NCBI RefSeq assembly: GCF_006345805.1
Contig: NC_043011.1
Span: forward strand, 55,874,464-55,938,463
DNA from: Octopus sinensis
Lineage: Eukaryota
DNA length: 64,000 bases
Direction: 5' to 3'
Below the pieces are notes generated by a model. It did not search any database, was not told the origin of the DNA, and saw only the letters and a list, made by a program, of their open reading frames with translations. How positions within the stretch are numbered: position 1 is the first letter of the stretch; each line of letters opens with the position of its first letter. The translations under genes and the position numbers were made by a program. Positions 39,507 to 53,420 of the stretch are shown here, piece by piece.

Positions 39507-39612
39507 TGAATCCTTCGCATCATGTTTTTATTTTATTTTGATCAATTTACTCCACCACCTACACCACTAAACGTATACACAGGTGCTTATAATTATCAAG
39601 TACTCACCCCGA

Positions 39613-39677
<65 letters not shown>

Positions 39678-39789
39678 TTGTTTGTGATGGTAAAATCAAC
39701 ATAAAAGTACTCCATCTGGTGAGAGATAAATAGTATTTAATAGACATAATACATGCTTTTATGTGCTACTAATAGATTCTTGTGTTGAG

Positions 39790-40045
39790 AACATGCCAAA
39801 ACAGTGCATACTCAGCGTGCACATAAATTTTTTTGCAAAAAATCTGCAGTCAAAACATTTTCATTCACCTGTCCCCCAGTTTTGAAGATAAACCAAATTT
39901 TCATTATTTTGAGCCACTTACTCAATGAGTATTTCTGCCAAATCTGGCGAAAATCTGTTCAGTTGTTTTCCAGTAATTTTGCAAACACACAGACAAAGAT
40001 GAGTGATTACAATACCCTGCTTTCACTAACACATGCAGGGTAATA
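39790..40045 (+). mobile_element. Possible Helentron-associated (DINE/HINE-like) non-autonomous element
   Basis: Ends acacagaca...TACCCTGC-14nt-GCAGGGTA, the 3' hairpin layout typical of DINE-like elements. Confidence 0.35.
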
Positions 40046-40645
40046 AAATGTATTTCAACAATGTTCATGTTTGGCTTTTTATGGGACAACATGCAGCTAA
40101 CTAATACCAACCACCGATGATCCATACAGCCAGCCAACAATATTAATGTGGTTGCAGTGTAATAAACTATATAGAGAAAAAACAAATAACCACTGTTAAT
40201 AAGATAATCAATTCTAATCCACAAACTAGACTTCTGCATGGAGCAGAATGACATGAGATAAAATGAATTGAGGACAGGGAAAAGCTAGAAGAAGAGAAAG
40301 ATGTTATGTTAGAAGAGAAATATTAAGAGGATCCCAGATAAACATGAAAAGTGAGACATTCAGAAACATTTTTCTGAATGTCTCACTTTAGGTTCCTCCA
40401 TTCTGGAAAGCAATTTCAACCAAATTCTCACCACTTGTTAAAAAGGAAAAGTTTAAAATCAAGAAATTAGGCAAACATTATTTTGACAACCCACACCCCA
40501 GGGAGAACAGTATCAAATCTCTACTTACAATCCTATTAAACTGAAATTAATTTTAAACTGTTTTTTTTTTTTTTATATTCCAGCATAACTGGAAATGTTA
40601 ATATTCTATGACTGCAAAACAAAGACGAAATAGGTTTATTATATA

Positions 40646-41270
40646 CAGAGTGCACCAAGTATTTGTGAACACACTTTAGCAGGCCATAGAGAGAAAACAA
40701 CCAAACATAATAATGTTAATAACATGTATCAAATTTTAACTTTCTCATTTCTTTTTCAGATACAAAAACATCATGTCCATATGGCAGATTCCAATCTGAT
40801 ACAGGACGTGAAAAGGTGCACTTTGCTCGCAGCTCTAGCCACCAACCACAGTGAATCTGGAGATTACCAGTGTCTTGGAAGTATTGGGGATTTTCATGAT
40901 CAGGTTTGGAAAGGAGTCGGAGGCCTTAGGTGAGGACATATGAGAGAGAGAGAGAAAGACACACACACACACAACACACACACACAGTTTGTGTCAAGCA
41001 AGATTTGGGAGAACTGTGTAATCATGTGACTTCTAACATCATATGGATTTCTAGCTCTCTTGATTTTCATTTGAAATCCTTAGAGTTTATGTCTTGGACA
41101 CCAATGGAGTGGGAATGGCCACTGGCACCATGGTGCTAAGGACTTGGGGACTGTGTCATGAGCATGGATGGCAGTATGGGCAAAGCCATCTGATCCTGGC
41201 ATGAAACGGTTTCCATGGCCATAGCAGGTTCTTCATCAATATACCTAACCCTATGTGTGCCATTTTTCTA
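40646..41270 (+). mobile_element. Internally deleted, decayed maT-like element
   Basis: Starts TA|CAGAGTG. Encodes N-terminal MADSNLIQDVKRCTLLAA..NHS and the catalytic-region remnant NHVTSNIIW.SSSLD. Confidence 0.5.
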
Positions 41271-42957
41271 CGAGTGTGTTGTTTTTATTTTTCCTAGTGT
41301 TTTCTTTTCAATTGTCTGCCATATTCTGGATATGTGACTAATAACCGAAATTAAAATATTTTGTATAAAATCAAAACACCTCCACCGCTAATTCTTCTCC
41401 CAATCAAAATTCCTCCCAGGGTCCCATGCTCCTCTCAACTGAGAAAAACTGGTTTATAACAAATCAGTCTTAACCGTCTTGATTTTTACCTGTTCCTGTC
41501 ATTGGACTATGGCCATACTGGGGCACCATCTTGAAGAGTTTGGTCAAACATATCAACCTGGGACTTTAAGTCTCATACTTATTCCATTAGTCTTTTTGCT
41601 GAACTGTTAGGTAACAGAAATATAAACAAACCAGCACTGGTTGTTAAGTGGTAGTGGTGACAAATACAAAAGCAACACACATACACAATGGGCTTCTATA
41701 CAGTTTCCATCAACCAAATTCACTCACAAGATATTGGTCAGCCTGGAGTTATAATAAAAACCACTTGCCCAAGGTGCCACACATACCTAATGTGTCATTT
41801 TTAAGACAGATGAATGTAATAAGAAAAAGATTTGGTTGTAATTTCAAGGATGTGAAATAACCCACATCAAGGCTCTTTCACTGACTCACAACTGATAGTA
41901 TTTGTAAAACAGTGCCATAGCAGGTTTTGAAATGGTGGTGGTGTTGTTGTTGTTAGGTCTCAACATTTGTAGGTAGTTATACAGAGGTGGTTTTGTTGAG
42001 GATGAGACAGGAACCATAAACTGTGTTCCTTGTATAACTAAAAATCCTTTGATTCAGTAAGAATAAAAGAAGCAGAGGTAAACATCCATTGAGCAGTAGT
42101 TACTTCAATATTTCAAGCATGTTGTAACAGAACTAAGTGAAGCATACACTTGAACGATTGAATTAAATTCTCACTGGTTGCCATATAAACACCATTGTAA
42201 TATTCTCAAAAAGAAACTAAAAAGTACATCAAAAAACAAAAAAAAACAAAGACAAATTTGGAACGAAATACTGAAGAACATGATGAAGCTAGTTATAGTA
42301 AATGCTTAAAACAAAAAGAGCAGATATAATCCCCATAAACACAAATTGAAACTTAAATATAACACAATAAACAATAAAAATTAATAAAACAGCTTTGAGT
42401 AACAATTCAAAAATGCTTGTCTTCAAAAAATTTTTTTTTAGGAAATTACCCAAATACATTTAAAGCAACATTACCAAGTTATATATATAAGAGAGAGAGG
42501 GAGGCAGAGAGATGGGAAAACATACAGAGCAAGTTAAAAAGAGATAGAGTGAAAGAGAGAGAGAGACAGATAAGAGAAAGAGCTTAGTATTTACTTTGAA
42601 CTATAAATGCTAAAGAAAAAGAAAAGAACAATTACAAGCTTCACAGCCCAAATTCCAAGCAAAACCATTGTTTCATTTCAGTATCTTTCTGTAATTTAAT
42701 CCTTCCGATTTCCTATAAATGTTATTAAATCGTAAATGTTCTAAGCTCAGTCACGAAAAATTTCAATGGAAATTGAGAGGAATGGTGTTAGATTTTTCTA
42801 ACATCATTTAAGAAAATGAGTTCAGTCTAAAATTTATGGCATTTACTGACGATGTTTAGCAAATTATCTCAACAGCTATATTAAAAAATGTGAGTGGAAC
42901 TTCAAGAATGCTCATTTATAACAGAGTTTTTTTGGATGAATAAAATATACAGAGATT

Positions 42958-42995
<38 letters not shown>

Positions 42996-43000
42996 GTATG

Positions 43001-43033
<33 letters not shown>

Positions 43034-43046
43034 ATGTATATGTATG

Positions 43047-43101
<55 letters not shown>

Positions 43102-43104
43102 ATG

Positions 43105-43135
<31 letters not shown>

Positions 43136-43218
43136 ATGTATATGTATGTATGTATATATATATGTGTGTGTGTGTATGTATATGTATGTATGTATATGTA
43201 TATATATATATATATATA
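42958..43218. repeat. Compound (TA)/(TG)/(TATG) microsatellite
   Basis: Seen directly; it explains the spurious YI/CV ORFs. Confidence 0.97.
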
Positions 43219-43900
43219 CAGGGTGCGGTGAATAAATTGTTGTCTAAATTACGCAAAAATGAAAATAACACTGACATCTCATTTTAACAGATATGTTTAC
43301 CAAAATTACATAAAAATATCTTGAAATACTAAAGAGTAACTTTATTCTATAAAATCACCATTGGCTTCAACCACGACCTCTAGGCGACTTCGGAATCTCG
43401 TGCAACTCTTCTGGACGGTCTCCCTGTTTAAGTTGGTGTTTGCTGCCATAATCTTTGCCTTCAGTTCATCTTTGGTGTTACAAGGTGTTCTGTTGGTTTC
43501 TCATTCAACTGTGTCCCACACATAATAATCACAGTGGTTGCAGTCTGGGGAGTTAGGTGGCCAGACGTTAAGGGTGATGTGATTGCAGAAATTGTCTGAC
43601 AGCTATGACTGGGTTCTCCTGCTTGTGTGTCATGGTGCAGAGTCCTGTTGCTAGACATAGGGTCTTCCAGCAGCCACCCTTTTTACCCAAGGCAGCACTA
43701 CTTCCTCCAGGCGCTTGATGTAGGCCTCCATGTTGCATCTGAAGCTGTGTTGGAATATGAATGGAAGCATAACGTCACCATCACTAGTGATCACTCCAAA
43801 CACCACATTATGTTGACTGGATGTTTGATTTTTATCACTCTTGGTACGTGTCCTCAGATTACACTGTCCTAAGATTGACACCCAAACACCCTGAAATGTT
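43219..43900 (-). mobile_element. Tc1/mariner DD37D (maT-type) transposase remnant with one TIR
   Basis: VFGVITSDG...QQDSAP*HTSRRTQS*LSDNF...WPPNSPDCNHCDYYVW gives 37 residues between the Asp residues. Several in-frame stops. Terminus is TA|CAGGGTG within a TA tract. Confidence 0.85.
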
Positions 43901-43988
43901 CATACTGGAGCTTCCAGTATGAATGCCAAGCAGTACAGCATGTTGTTTCCAAGTTTCTGGCAAAGCGAATTGTGTCACGGTACTGTTT

Positions 43989-44027
<39 letters not shown>

Positions 44028-47000
44028 GCCTAGAAGTACATATTTACTTCTAAGCAGTGCCAACATAAAAATTCTATTGCAAATTTTCAAAAAACCTTCT
44101 TAAAAACAACCCTGGTCATTTATAATTATTAATAAGCATTCAGACATCAGTGATTTTAATACATTTTGTGGCCTGAATTTCTCAGCATCGTTGCTTATGC
44201 ACTAAAGAATCTTTATTTAAACTGTTTAGCACAATGGAAATAGGCAATTAAGTAAACATTTCAGGCATAATTTGTCATAAGTAAATAAGAATTAAGCCTT
44301 AAAACTAGCACAAAGAATCGACTATTAAAGCAAGATGAAGTTGAAATTACTGGGCCGGATAACAAGTGTTGAGAGAAGAGCATTTCAAAACTGATATTAT
44401 TTCACACAACCATTACAAGCTAATATGTAATTTTGTTTTTAAAAAAAAGGAATGGCCAACAATTGTATAAAACAGACTAAAACAAGTAGTTTAAATTTCA
44501 CTTAATTTAACCTAGAAAAAGTGCAAAACAAATGCTTGGTTTAATTATTGCCACTTAAGCATAATGGTGCCAAAGAGTAAACAGTTAATTCAATCGAGTC
44601 AAGTTGTTGACTAGTGATACTTATTTTTTCAATACAGGGCCAGGTATGGGAGCAGGGCAACAAGAGGCAAAATCAAGATTAGCAGGGTTCAAGCTTAGAA
44701 GGGACATATTGAGGTCAAATGGTAACAAAAGTCTATATATTCAGTTTCCAATTTGTCTATGCCTACATGAGTAGAATGCTTTCATTGAAGCAATCAGTTT
44801 TGTAGCAGAGAGCCCTTCCTGTCACTATCCAAGCAACATCAACATTATCACGGCTTTTAGCATCTACTTACCCATGCTTGCATGGGTCAGACAAAATCCT
44901 TTGGGGTAGACTTTTCTATGGCTGGAATCTCTTCCTATTGCCGACCCTCACTTGATTCCAAGCAAAGTGATATTCTCCTCAAGTCTGGACACTTGAAAAA
45001 CAAACACCACTTGTATGCTGGTATTTTCTGACAATTACTGCATGATACACAACACATAGAGAGGCTTCTTTTCAGTTTCCATTAACCAAATTTACTCATA
45101 AGACAGGTCAATCCAAGGCCATAGAAGAAGACACTTGCCCAAGGTGCTACACCATTGGGCAGAAGCTGAAACCATGGGGTTGCAAAGCAAACTGCTTAAC
45201 CACACAGCTATGTTTGTACCCAAGTCATGCCTAAGTCAATCAACTGGGACCCGTTTTTTATCAGCAGGCAAATTGGCACAAGCAGTTCTGGACCCTGCAC
45301 AGGGACACTAATGGCTCTTGTAGTGTGCTCCTGAATAGGGGCAGTTATACAGCAGATTTACACTAACAAGTAAATACTGCAACCAGTGAAACATTTAAAG
45401 ACCATACATGCCAGGCATACATCTATTGTTAAAAGTCCACCCAGTTATAAGAGGTTAAGGTTTCAATATGGTTTAACCCTTTAGCATTTAAACAGGCCAT
45501 ATCCGGCCAAAAGTATTCTGCCTGTTTTATGATCAAACTGGCCAGATACAACAAACCCTGCTGATAATCATGAACTATAAAATTAACTTTTGTCAGCTTA
45601 TTGTACTTCAATACGGGAAAAATTTAATCTTTTGCACCAACAAACTACTATTCTTCCTGAAAGTTGTTTTTTATATCTTATACAGATTGCTTGAATTTCA
45701 CTAATTTCCTACACCTTGATCCTTGGATTTTACCATTACATATACATAAGCATTTATAATAGAATATCTGTGAATGAATAAACACTTCAATGATAAAATA
45801 GTGGTTATTATTATTTTTGAAATTTTGCTATTATCCCAAACAAGAAAAAAATCAAGCCATAAAAAGATAGTAATCCTATAATCCTATTTTCTTTCACCTA
45901 AAAACACAAGACATTTCAATATTAAAGTGAAGATGCTGCTACTAGAACTATTACTATAGAAAAAAATTTTTTTAAATAAAGGAATATGAAAAATAATAAA
46001 ATACAATGTGCAACAAAATAGCAACAAAATCAATTGTACAAGACTAGAAAATTAAAAGCAAATTCTGCATAAAATAAATCTAGTGATGTTTGAGAAAATA
46101 GCAAAGCAGCTAAATAGTGCAAGCAAAAATCAGTCACATCAGGAATGTTATCTCCAAGTAAACATTCTCTGAAAAATTACAAATTCCACAATTAAAAAGA
46201 AAATACAAGTTAATGCAACCATGATATGGTAACAGTTAAAATAACAGGAATATTGTTACCTCTCCACCTTGCTTCAGTTGGAAGTGCAGAGAAAACATTT
46301 CCATCACCATCTGATAATTGCTTAACTACAAAAAGTTTTGAGGGCTTTAAGGCATCTCAATTTTACTGATAGACTAAAATCAATTTAACTGAAAGGTCAA
46401 AAGGTCATCTAAGTTTGTTTTTCATGTAGGATTCTGAAAATATCAAACTTATGTTTAGCAAACCATGGACCCTGATTTTGACTGCACACAGACTATAAGG
46501 ATTATTGACCAGTGCTGCTATATTGTCCACTTGTAGAGACAGAAGAATCCCTAAACCATAAAACACAGACATTCTTCCTCTAAAGAACCAATCTTCCATT
46601 GGTTTCTCAACTCATGAAAATGTAAATCAATAGAAACAGATTTGACATATTGTCTCACCAAATAATTATGCTTCTTTGTATTCTCAGAAAATTGGTATTA
46701 CAGTTTTTACTAAAGAAAACAACGGCACCATTCTATAACAGAAATGAAGGCGTAAACTTATTGCTTCATATGAAGAAACTAATTTTCCTAATTCAAACAA
46801 ACTTTTAACCATTTTAAAATGCTACACAAGATAACCTGGAAAAGAATATTATGCTTGCAGGCTTTTTTTTTTTGTGCCAGTATTGGTTTTAATATTGGAA
46901 ACATTTCTCTTTTTCTCGATATAAAAGATCCTGACGAAGCAACAATAAAAGTTCTAACAGGATACTGGAGATCTCCTACCAAATAAACAGACTTCCAAAT

Positions 47001-48121
47001 TTGTCAAAGAAAATGAGCAAAAGGCAGGTTGGATATTCATTCCACCCATATCAGGAAAGAGAAACTGTTATTCTACAAAACATATCTAATGCACGAGTCA
47101 ATGGAGGTCCACTTTGAGGTCACAAGAACAGACAGAAAATAAAAGCAAAATCTCCCTAAAAAAGAAAATTAATAAAATTTCTTGTGGTTATCATTATACA
47201 AGAGGATGATGGATTTTCTCAATCCTAAAAGCTGGCAATAGTAGGGGTCTAAGGTTCTATAACCCATCAAAAACAACATTGAAGCATGGTCTTTGCCAGT
47301 GCCGCCAGACTGGCTCCCTTGCAGGTAGCACATAAACACCTTTTGAGTGTGGTTGTTGCCAGAACCACCTGACTGGCCCTCGTGCCGGTGGCACATAAAA
47401 CGCACCCACTACACTCTCAGAGTGGTTGGCATTAGGAAGGGCATCCAGCTGTAGAAACTTTGCCAGATCAGAGTGGAGGCTGATGCAGCCTTCTGGCTCG
47501 CCAGTCCTCAGTCAAACCGTCCAACCCATGCCTGCATGGAAAGCAGACATTAAATGACAACGAAGATGATGATGATGAATATTTTTTTTTTAAATAATGA
47601 GTAAATATTTACATCAACTGCTTCAAATGTCTCCACAGAGAAAGAACTGAAGAAAAGAAAACTGATCGACTAAATTAATCTTAACTTTTCCTTCTTGTTA
47701 AAACAGGAGGAAATTGCAAGGGAATTAAGCATTGCTCATCATCATCGGAGGATTTTTTTTTCCAGCTGGATGCCTTTCCTGTTGCCAGCCCTCATCTGTT
47801 TCCAAGTAAGGTAATATTTCCCCATGGTCAGACATGTTTCTCATGGAAGACTGGAAACAAATAGCATTACTTGCAAGAACATGACAATTGTTGACAACAA
47901 TCAAGTGATTTGAAAATGAGAAGACACCAACATAAACACACATATATACACAAATGTCAGGCTTCTTGCATTTTCTGTCAGATTTGTTCACAAGGCTTTG
48001 ATTAGCCTAAGCGTATAATAGAAGACACTTGTCCATGGAGCCACACAATGGGACTGAGCCCAAATCCAAAGGGTTGGGCAGCAAACTTCTTAACCACACA
48101 ACAATGCCTGTGCCATCTTCC

Positions 48122-48350
48122 TTAACCCTTTTGTTACTGTATTTATTTTGAGATGCTCTGTGTTTCTTTCAATTACTTTAAATATAATAAAGAATTTAGT
48201 AATATAACTTAGTTATCATTAAGCTAGTGTTAGGAACATAAATTGTGACTAAGGTTTGGTGGAAGATTTTAATTCAAAACTTTTGAAAACAAGACATTTG
48301 TACTACAAAGCCAGAGCCGGTTTCAGCCGGGTTGGTAATGAAAGGGTTAA
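48122..48350. mobile_element. piggyBac-type MITE, family 1 (opposite orientation)
   Basis: TTAA TSDs and CCCTT TIRs; the body is the reverse complement of 5550-5777. Confidence 0.85.
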
Positions 48351-50700
48351 AAGGAAGTTTATACACACACATTAATGTCAAATTCCTCAAGATATCAACA
48401 ATGTTGATCAATTTCTTATGTTTTAGAAACAACTGACTAAGCTGCCTTTACCACACAACAAACTACAAAATAGTACAACTTCATGGATTTCACAACACAA
48501 TTAAATCCTGCCTTTTTTTTATTAACTTATGATATGTAAATAAGTAAACTAAATTGATACATGAAATAAAAAGAAAATATAATCTGTATTACAAAAATAT
48601 AAACAAACAAGAGAAATTCAATTAAAACCGCCAAAATTTTCTTTATTTTTGGTATTTCAAATAAATCACAAAACATTTTTGAATTCTAATATACACAACT
48701 TATTCTATAAAATGCAAATGTCTTCTAAAGTGTTATTGTTGCTACAAACTTGGTGCTCCATCTGAGAGCCACAAGCTCAGATGTTAATTGAATGCAATAA
48801 ACATTTCATATTATTATCTGTTTCAGTTCCAAGCTAACAGAATTTGGCAAAACCGACAATGCAGTATTCTTTGATGCATCTCAACTTCTCAATTATATCT
48901 TGAAGATCTGTTGTAGACGAGAGAATTTTCATCCAGATTCAGAACCGTCACCATTTTATAATAGCCGTTCCTCTCAGTAGAGCAATGCAATATTCATAAT
49001 GCATTTCTGCCAGTAAAGCGAGAGGACAAAGATGGAAGTGGTTGGGGGTGGTGAGTGCATAAATGCTGTACCTGTGTTCTTCAAAAGGGAAAAGTGTCCA
49101 TAGAGTTACTGGTTAGGGACATAATGATGTTTGCACTTGGTTCATATCTCATCAATAAAGATGAGGGAACTATTCTATGAAGTCAGGACATTAATAACTA
49201 CAGCTGTCGCTGAATTGTTACATGACGATGATTAAGACAATTCAGTCAGTAAACCTATGAAGCAGAGTAGCTTGACTGAACGAGTAAGTCCAGATGGCGG
49301 ATGGGAGTGTTAGGTAATTGCTTAAATTAACAGTTCTGAAATAATTGATAAACATTTAGTCATATATCCACAAAATAGCTAATATTTCTTGTTAAACCAC
49401 CAGAAATATAGCAAAAACAACAATGCTGGATGGGCTTGAAATTAAAACCTCAATCCATTCTCCCACTTTACCATAATATTTATAGAGGAAGATAATTTTT
49501 TAATAATCAAAGGCAAATAAAAGATTTTATTTTTTTCATTATTATTCACAAAGCGCTTACTTTTCAAACTTGTATGGCTGAGAGAAATTTCAAATTTCAA
49601 ACATTTAGTAACAAGATCCCTTCCGTAATAACTATTTATTTTGTTTAGCTACACAAAACAAAGTATTTAATTACTTATTAATGACAATTAGTTATTAATA
49701 ACTAATTAAGTGAACAGCATAACCCATTTCTGTTGGCAGGGTTTTGAGCTTAATAACTTACAAGAGATGAACCACAAGCTATAAATTTAGGTAAAGATTG
49801 GTTAAATAAGCAAACCGAATTAAAAGGAGATGCAAATATAATGGTTGAGGGAAATATGACAGAGAAACTAATTCACCTGACCTGACTGCTAAGTGATCAT
49901 AGCAAATATTCAACAAATTTTGTTGAATATTGGTAAAGTTCTATTTATAACTGCAGTAACTAGGCTACGTAATTTAGACAATCTATAATTTCCTTATATT
50001 CTGTTAATTTTATTTTCATCCAATGCATTAACTCAATAACCAGAGTACATTGCTTGTGATTTATCTTTAAATAAAATATGGCTGCAATAAAATTAAGAAA
50101 CAAGAGGTCATAAGGGTATTGGCCATTATAATTCAAGTGGATTATTTGTAGTTAGAAATCAAAACGTAGTTACAGACTCGGTTCATCAAGAACCAAACAC
50201 CTACTTCACAAGACTCATCATTTGTGGCATTAGGTCAGCAGATTCATTCCAGGATTTTAGGAACCAAATTTTACTTCATACTCACCATTGTGTTAACTTG
50301 ACATTTACTATCCAAGATTAAATATATTTCTTTTTCTCATTTCTTTTAGCTCTTGCAGTAGAGCAATGCTGGGGCACTGCCTTGAAGGGGTTTAGTTGAC
50401 TTATATCAGTATTCGTCTGATATTTTAGTTTATTGTCTGATATTTTAGTTCATTTGGAATTACTGCTTGACAACACATCAGTTTATTAGCAATCTCTCAT
50501 TGAGACATTATATATATATATCTGTAAAATAATATGTGACAATTATTCGGTAGCCAAGATAAATTAAGAAACAAGAAATCCACACCACTATCTCTTCGGT
50601 TAACAGATAAATTTCCTCTATTTACATAATATTGAGGTCTCTTTCTTTCTTTTGTTATCTTACCGTTTTTACCAATATATATATATATATTTATATATAT

Positions 50701-50855
50701 GAGTGGCTGTGTGGTAAGTAGCTTGTTTACCAACCACATGGTTCCGGGTTCAGTCCCACTGCGTGGCACCAAGGGCAAGTGTCTTCTACTATAGCCTCGG
50801 GCCGACCAAGGCCTTGTGAGTGGATTTGGTAGACGGAAACTGAAAGAAGCCTGTC

Positions 50856-50898
<43 letters not shown>

Positions 50899-51108
50899 TG
50901 TGTGTGTTTGTGTGTGTGTGTGTTTGTCCCCCTAGCATTGCTTGACACCGATGCTGGTGTGTTCATGTCCCTGTTACTTAGAGGTTCGGCAAAAGAGACC
51001 GATAGAATACAAAAGAATAAGTCCCGGGGTTGAGTTGCTCGATTAAAGGCAGTGCTCCAGCATGGCCACAGTCAAATGACTGAAACAAGTAAAAGAGTAA
51101 AAAGAGTA
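50701..51108 (+). mobile_element. SINE family A
   Basis: Same head, body and tail as 56722-57133. Confidence 0.9.
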
Positions 51109-52775
51109 TATATATATATATAATGCATCTGGTATAGGCAAGAGACAGTCATCCTCATCATCATTTCACCATTTGGCCTAAGAACAGTGTGTACATGTAT
51201 ATATATAAAATGCAATAGGCTTCCAGTTTCCCTCTATTGAATTACAACATGATGGTCAACATGGGGCTATGACAGAAGACACTAAAAGGTGCCACACACT
51301 GAGATTGAACCCAGAAGCACATTGTTGCTAAGAGAATTTAACCACACAGCTCTTCAAATTTTTCATAAGGAAATTCAAAATCCAGCATTAAATCTCCAAA
51401 ACCATTTAGAGTTCTGAATCTAATTCACTGAGAAATATAATCTAAGGAAAAAAATTTCTTAAAATGTATTTTAAACGATCTTACATCATTCGTTACCTGT
51501 TGAACACTGGTCTTCCATTCACCTAGTTTCACTGTGCAATGAATATACAATGACAAAGTGAGATATGAACAAATATTTGTTGTACTTGTGTATATTGACA
51601 CAAAAACTCATTTAATCTAATTCAGTCAGGTTTCTTGTTGATTATCATATCAATACAAGATGAGTAACATTGATAACATAAATCCAACCAAACAATTAAC
51701 TGTCTTTTAGGATAAATCAAACTTATAGCTCTCCAAACCCATCATTGTCAATATTGTTTTTATAATTAACCCACAACAAACAAATGAATTAATCAGATTT
51801 TCTGAAACGAAAATACTAAAATCTTCATCTTTCAAATAAAACTTCCATTAGATCATTTTTCTCCATTTTTATTAATTACTACAATTTCATTTTTGATCCT
51901 GAAATTACATTTTTAATTGCTAGACTTATATATGATATAAAATGCTAAGCCAAAAGCTTGATTTTGTTTTTTTTCTGGTCTTCTTTTCATCACAATAATA
52001 TGGAATGAAAAGGCAGTGGCTGTGCTGAGAGTGGTGAAAGAGAAGGAAACATAAAAAAAGAGTAAATTAGATAAAAAAAAAAATAAAAAAGATAGAAGAG
52101 AGTAAAAGCCAGCACGTGAAAACTGCAGTGAGGTGAGGAGAGGAAATGAAACAAGAAAATAAAAAAGAGCTTGAAGCAAATAAGTTAGAAATTACTACAA
52201 GTAGAATAAAAAATTATAGGGTTTATATCTGAGTATTATACTAGTTTATCTATAAAAGAACAGCTTAGAAACCTTTTATTATTCTGCATCCGAACCACCT
52301 AAAGAAACAGTTGATGATCATAAACCCAATATTCCAGTAAGGATTTCAGAATCAGGAGTGAAAGTGGTCCACTTCAGAGAACTTCTATCAGAAATATTTT
52401 AGTCTATTATTAATCCATTGTTCGGAGACTTAATTATGTTTTAAAAGACAAGAATATTTAGAAATATTAGCATCTTTAATGGTGAGTTTGTATCATTTGC
52501 AGATGAAGCTTACCAAAAGAAACATGTATTCTACCACCACCACCACCACCACTAACAACTGGCCTCTGATTCTTTGATGCAAAATCTCCTCATCATAATT
52601 TTATCAAAGAACTATGCAGGATCTAAGGACCAGATTAATATATCAATAAATAGCGATGTTATTTTATACCAAATCCCTCCAAATTCCTAATTATTTTCAA
52701 AATAAATTGACACAATGTATTTCATATGACAATATACCATGATAACATTAAAAAATCAATAAAGTGAATAAGTTT

Positions 52776-52813
<38 letters not shown>

Positions 52814-53420
52814 ACGCCTTTCCCTCTCTCTCTCAAACAAGTAAGTGGTTCAATGGGTTTTTAATCAGATCAGAATCCATTACGTTTCCTTATTTTTTAT
52901 CCAAGTGATTTGTCTGTCTTATTGAAACAGCTCTTTCTTGCACTTCAGCATTCTTCACAAATGATCAGATCATTAATTCAATATACAATGTAGAAATAGG
53001 CTGAAAGAATTTCATTGTTACTCCTGATCTGTATTGGGAAATAAATTGTCCTGCAATAAAATATATTGTTTCTAAAACTGTAAAAAATGTAGAAACTAGT
53101 TTGAGTGTTTTCACTATGGCAGTGAAAATGAGCTGTTAATCTGTAGCCAAGCTTCCATTGCATAATGCAATGGTCAAATAAGATTAACAGGATATTCCAA
53201 CTGTTTGAGAACATTCCATCCATAACTAAAACCTTTCTGAAATCAATAAAGCACAAAATTCAGGTTTCATTTACAGCATCGTTTGTAACTGGAAATCATT
53301 AATTTGTAATTAAGTTGGTTTGCTTTTTACTCAACCACTGTTGTATCAACAGAAATTAGATCTTTTCCATCTCGAGTAAAAATCTGTGCTTGAGATGGAA
53401 AAGATCCCAGAAATTTACTA

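Larger units (their letters stand above)
39148..39549. repeat. Near-perfect inverted repeat (196/198-bp arms, 8-nt loop), probably a Penelope-like terminal repeat with an inverted duplication
   Basis: Arms 39148-39343 and 39352-39549 differ by one substitution and two 1-nt indels. The unduplicated extension 39550-39617 and the left end both abut (TA)n. Confidence 0.95.

Noticed and set aside
40646-43900. Single composite transposon formed by the two convergent maT remnants
   Set aside because: Different termini and divergence levels indicate independent insertions.
46259-46432. Candidate prune 5' UTR exon (minus-strand AG..GT pair)
   Set aside because: Only generic splice dinucleotides support it; it cannot be told from chance without RNA data.
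49905-49931. 13-bp AT-rich inverted repeat
   Set aside because: Close to chance expectation in AT-rich 64 kb.
52258-52404. 48-codon protein-like plus frame (..SEPPKETVDDHKPNIPVRISESGVKVVHF..)
   Set aside because: No start, no clear splice sites and no recognisable homology; the length is within chance.
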